This document shows positions 6,857 to 8,946 of a DNA stretch of 8,946 nucleotides, piece by piece. The first letter of the stretch is position 1. Every line of letters starts with the position of its first letter. The DNA lies in sequence record OY723327.1; one strand, 5' to 3'. Made by a program: the position numbers and the translations under genes. Below the pieces are notes generated by a model. It was not told the DNA's origin. It saw only the letters and a list, made by a program, of their open reading frames with translations, and made no database searches.

Positions 6857-7316
6857 AGTGTACTGGTGGCATGTGCATATCCCCTGATGCCTCTTTATCG
6901 AGGGAATGGGGATACCTGCATACCATACAGTATCTGTGTTACTAGTGGGTATCGGCACACCTCCCAAAACATGTCATTTCGTGACATGATCTAGTCGAGA
7001 TGAGCGAATCCACTACTATTGCATATCATGGCATAATGAGCTATACAGAGTACTACAGGTATTGGGGGTATCCTTAATGGCAGCATATGCCCCATTAGAG
7101 GTATACACCATATCCCCTAGTATCCCTTACAGCACATACCATGGATAGGTACTCATTAGTAGTATAGAATGTGTATGTCATGACACCAAAACACATGTTT
7201 CGAGACATCTGAACACATGGTTTGCACGTATGATCATATACAGTATCTAGTGATATACAGGATACTAGTAGTATGCACGGATGGTATGAGGGGTACGGGA
7301 TACCCCTACATCATAG

Positions 7317-7464
7317 CCTAACAGCATACACTACGAGTACTATGTATACCATGGATACTACATGTATACTACTACGGGTAGGTACTCATGAGCAGTATCA
7401 TCATGTAAATGCATGCATTTGATGACATGAAGTACTCATTATGAGTAGGTATACACATCTAATA
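7317..7464 (+). repeat. X monomer X9 (counterpart of X3)
   Basis: Core at 7411-7431. Tail ends at 7464. Confidence 0.65.
7407..7420. repeat. Perfect 14-bp palindrome AAATGCATGCATTT at the X9 core
   Basis: Offset +4941 from 2466-2479. Confidence 0.9.
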
Positions 7465-7684
7465 CCACTAGTACAACAGCATACACACCATTAGTACCAT
7501 GTATCCTATGGTATACAGTACATGGGGAGTATAGGTACCATTACACCATGCAGAGGTGTATGGAGTACTATATGGTATATAGGGAGTATCCAGTAGACAC
7601 CAGATATCATGATATTGCATGCATTTGATGACATGAAACACATGATTCGATGCACTCATTAACAGTATGCATACACACTAAGTA
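7465..7684 (+). repeat. X monomer X10 (alpha, X1-like)
   Basis: Identical by eye to X1 over about the first 146 nt, including the TA variant at 7532-7533. Core at 7617-7644. Confidence 0.8.
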
Positions 7685-7852
7685 CTCAGTATACACCATT
7701 ACTAGTACTATGTACAGTATAGGGGATACCTGCAGTATATACCCCATGTACCAGTGGACCCCATATCCCTCAAGGGAACTGGAAGAAGGTCCAACTTGCA
7801 GAGCATGTGGTGTCTACATGTACTCATTAGCAGTATGCATACACATCTAATA
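7685..7852 (+). repeat. X monomer X11 (beta-like, degenerate)
   Basis: The interior ccctcaagggaactggaagaaggtccaacttgcagagc resembles the X2 interior. There is no canonical core. actcatta[a/g]cagtatgcatacaca recurs at about 7661 and 7822. Confidence 0.5.
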
Positions 7853-8040
7853 CCTCTAGTACTACACCATGTACACCATTAGTACCATGTATACAGTAGT
7901 ATACAGTACATGGGGCGTACAGGTACATACCACCATTACAGAGGTGTATGGAGTACTATATGTATCTATGAGGGTATCCAGTAACACCATATATCATGGT
8001 ATTGCATGCATTTGATGACATGAAAACACATGATTTGATG
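7853..8040 (+). repeat. X monomer X12
   Basis: Begins cctctagtactacacc. Core at 8004-8032. Confidence 0.75.
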
Positions 8041-8277
8041 TACTCAGATTACATGATTATGGTGATATCCAGTACATCACCAGATCCCTTAGACACCATG
8101 GGGATCACTACATATGCTATAAGGAGTACACATGCTCTGCATGGTACCTATATCATAGGGTAGGGGTATCCCTCATGATACCTATGGAGACCATATCCTC
8201 TAGATACATGGTATGTGCACAGAGGATGGTGACATGGTATGAGGTCCCCAAAAGGGTCCAAATACATGATTTGGGGT
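8041..8277 (+). repeat. Y module Y4 (mosaic: Y1-type 5' end, Y2-type 3' part)
   Basis: 8041-8095 carries the Y1/Y3 variants (cagatt, ggtgatatcc, agtacatc, agacacc). From about 8160 it carries the Y2 variants (ggggtatccctcatg, gaggtcccc). Confidence 0.75.
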
Positions 8278-8478
8278 GTCTAAAATGACCACTTTTGGCA
8301 CCTTTCTGGAGGTCCCAAAACGGGTGATTCAATCCCCCAAAAGGGGTCCGCAAATCAAGCCCAGAAATGGTCATAAAAAGGGCTCGTGGGGGTACCCCCA
8401 TGAGCACTTTTGGGACCCTAAAATGGGTGATTTAGACCCCTAAAATGGTGTATTTAGACCCTTTCGGAGGGGTACAGG
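8233..8478 (+). repeat. W tract following Y4 (counterpart of 3655-3900)
   Basis: Offset +4578. Confidence 0.65.
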
Positions 8479-8487
8479 CAACGAGTA

Positions 8488-8697
8488 CTACTAGATACAT
8501 ACCAGCAGACCATGTATCCTATGGTATATAGGACATGGGGGCTACGGGTACCATTACACCATTACGGGAGTATATGGAGTACTATGGGTATCTAGAGGAG
8601 TCCCTGTAACACCAGATATCATGGTATTGGCATGCATTTGATGACATGAAAACACATGATTTGATGACATGAAATGAGTAGGTATACACATCTAATG
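8488..8697 (+). repeat. X monomer X13 (counterpart of X5)
   Basis: Core at 8630-8658. The 16-nt internal duplicate lies at 8636-8651 and 8659-8674. Confidence 0.75.
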
Positions 8698-8718
8698 ACA
8701 GGATATGGCATACGGGAT

Positions 8719-8824
8719 ACCTGAGGAGACCACCTCCACAGGGAATACCCTCTCTGCACATCCAGGCTACCGAGAGGCCTACGGGGAGTATCCCCATACC
8801 CTCTAAGAGCCATTATGGCCATTA
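8719..8824 (+). repeat. Z module Z5 (counterpart of Z2)
   Basis: Offset +4578 from Z2. Confidence 0.85.
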
Positions 8825-8946
8825 GGGAGTATCCAGCACATCATTAGATACACGGAATATCATGTAATTGCATAGATTTGATGACATGAAATCATGTGTT
8901 TTGATGATATGAAGTACTCATTATGAGTAGGTATACACATCTAATA
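8825..8946 (+). repeat. X monomer X14 (counterpart of X6)
   Basis: Variant core at 8870-8898. The family tail atctaata ends exactly at the window end. Confidence 0.7.

Larger units (their letters stand above)
5663..7464 (+). repeat. Near-identical duplicated block B, copy 2
   Basis: Matches 746-2524. ORF pairs 1554..1739/6495..6680, 1678..1872/6619..6813 and 1850..2053/6791..6994 are identical in translation. Confidence 0.9.
4369..8946 (+). repeat. Composite higher-order repeat unit, copy 2 (4578 bp)
   Basis: Starts with the same ccactagtacaacagc string as position 1. Collinear with copy 1 but carries an extra 550-bp block, +24 bp of minisatellite and a shorter divergent segment. Confidence 0.9.
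8099..8946 (+). repeat. Near-identical duplicated block C, copy 2
   Basis: Matches 3521-4368. ORF pairs 4004..4219/8582..8797 and 4041..4244/8619..8822 are identical. Confidence 0.9.

Noticed and set aside
153-8898. Regularly recurring ~28-45-nt conserved box, which could superficially suggest a CRISPR array
   Set aside because: Spacing is ~190-240 nt or kilobases, not 25-40 nt. The sequences between boxes are themselves homologous to one another (satellite monomers) and are not unique spacers. There are no cas genes and no leader.
1-8946. Two long direct repeats interpreted as LTRs of a retrotransposon or as a composite transposon
   Set aside because: There is no gag/pol, transposase or other ORF. 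I found no TG...CA termini, primer-binding site or polypurine tract. The duplicated blocks together cover most of each unit and do not flank a unique interior, and the window ends are in phase. This fits a tandem array better than an element with termini.

Overview
I find no credible protein-coding gene, rRNA, tRNA, CRISPR array or mobile-element gene in this 8946-nt window. The longest six-frame ORF is 121 aa. ORFs overlap on both strands and translate CATG/GTAC-rich repeats into M/H/Y/C/W-rich peptides. Paired ORFs diverge or end exactly at repeat breakpoints. The whole window is a nested, same-orientation repeat: two tandem copies (1-4368 and 4369-8946) of a 4.4-4.6 kb composite unit. The copies share three long near-identical blocks (1-745<->4369-5112; 746-2524<->5663-7464; 3521-4368<->8099-8946). 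Each unit is built from four module families, which I label myself. X is a ~120-220 bp monomer with a conserved GCATGCATTTGATGACATGAA core (14 monomers, 12 with a clear core). Y is ~237 bp (4 copies). Z is 106 bp (5 copies). W is a set of degenerate 22-23 bp periodic GGACCC/AAAATG-rich tracts. The two copies differ by a 550-bp block bounded by a perfect 64-bp direct repeat, a 12-mer minisatellite (2 vs 4 units), mosaic module exchanges and one divergent segment. The window ends are in repeat phase: 8946|1 recreates the 4368|4369 junction. So this is either a slice or collapse of a longer tandem array, or a circular head-to-tail dimer. The architecture, lack of coding capacity and apparent CpG depletion resemble eukaryote-type satellite or higher-order-repeat DNA, or a non-coding extrachromosomal repeat, not a gene-dense prokaryotic locus. 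I cannot name the organism or repeat family from sequence alone, and I see no evidence of a protein-based system. All alignments were made by eye, and module boundaries are approximate to a few nt unless stated as exact.
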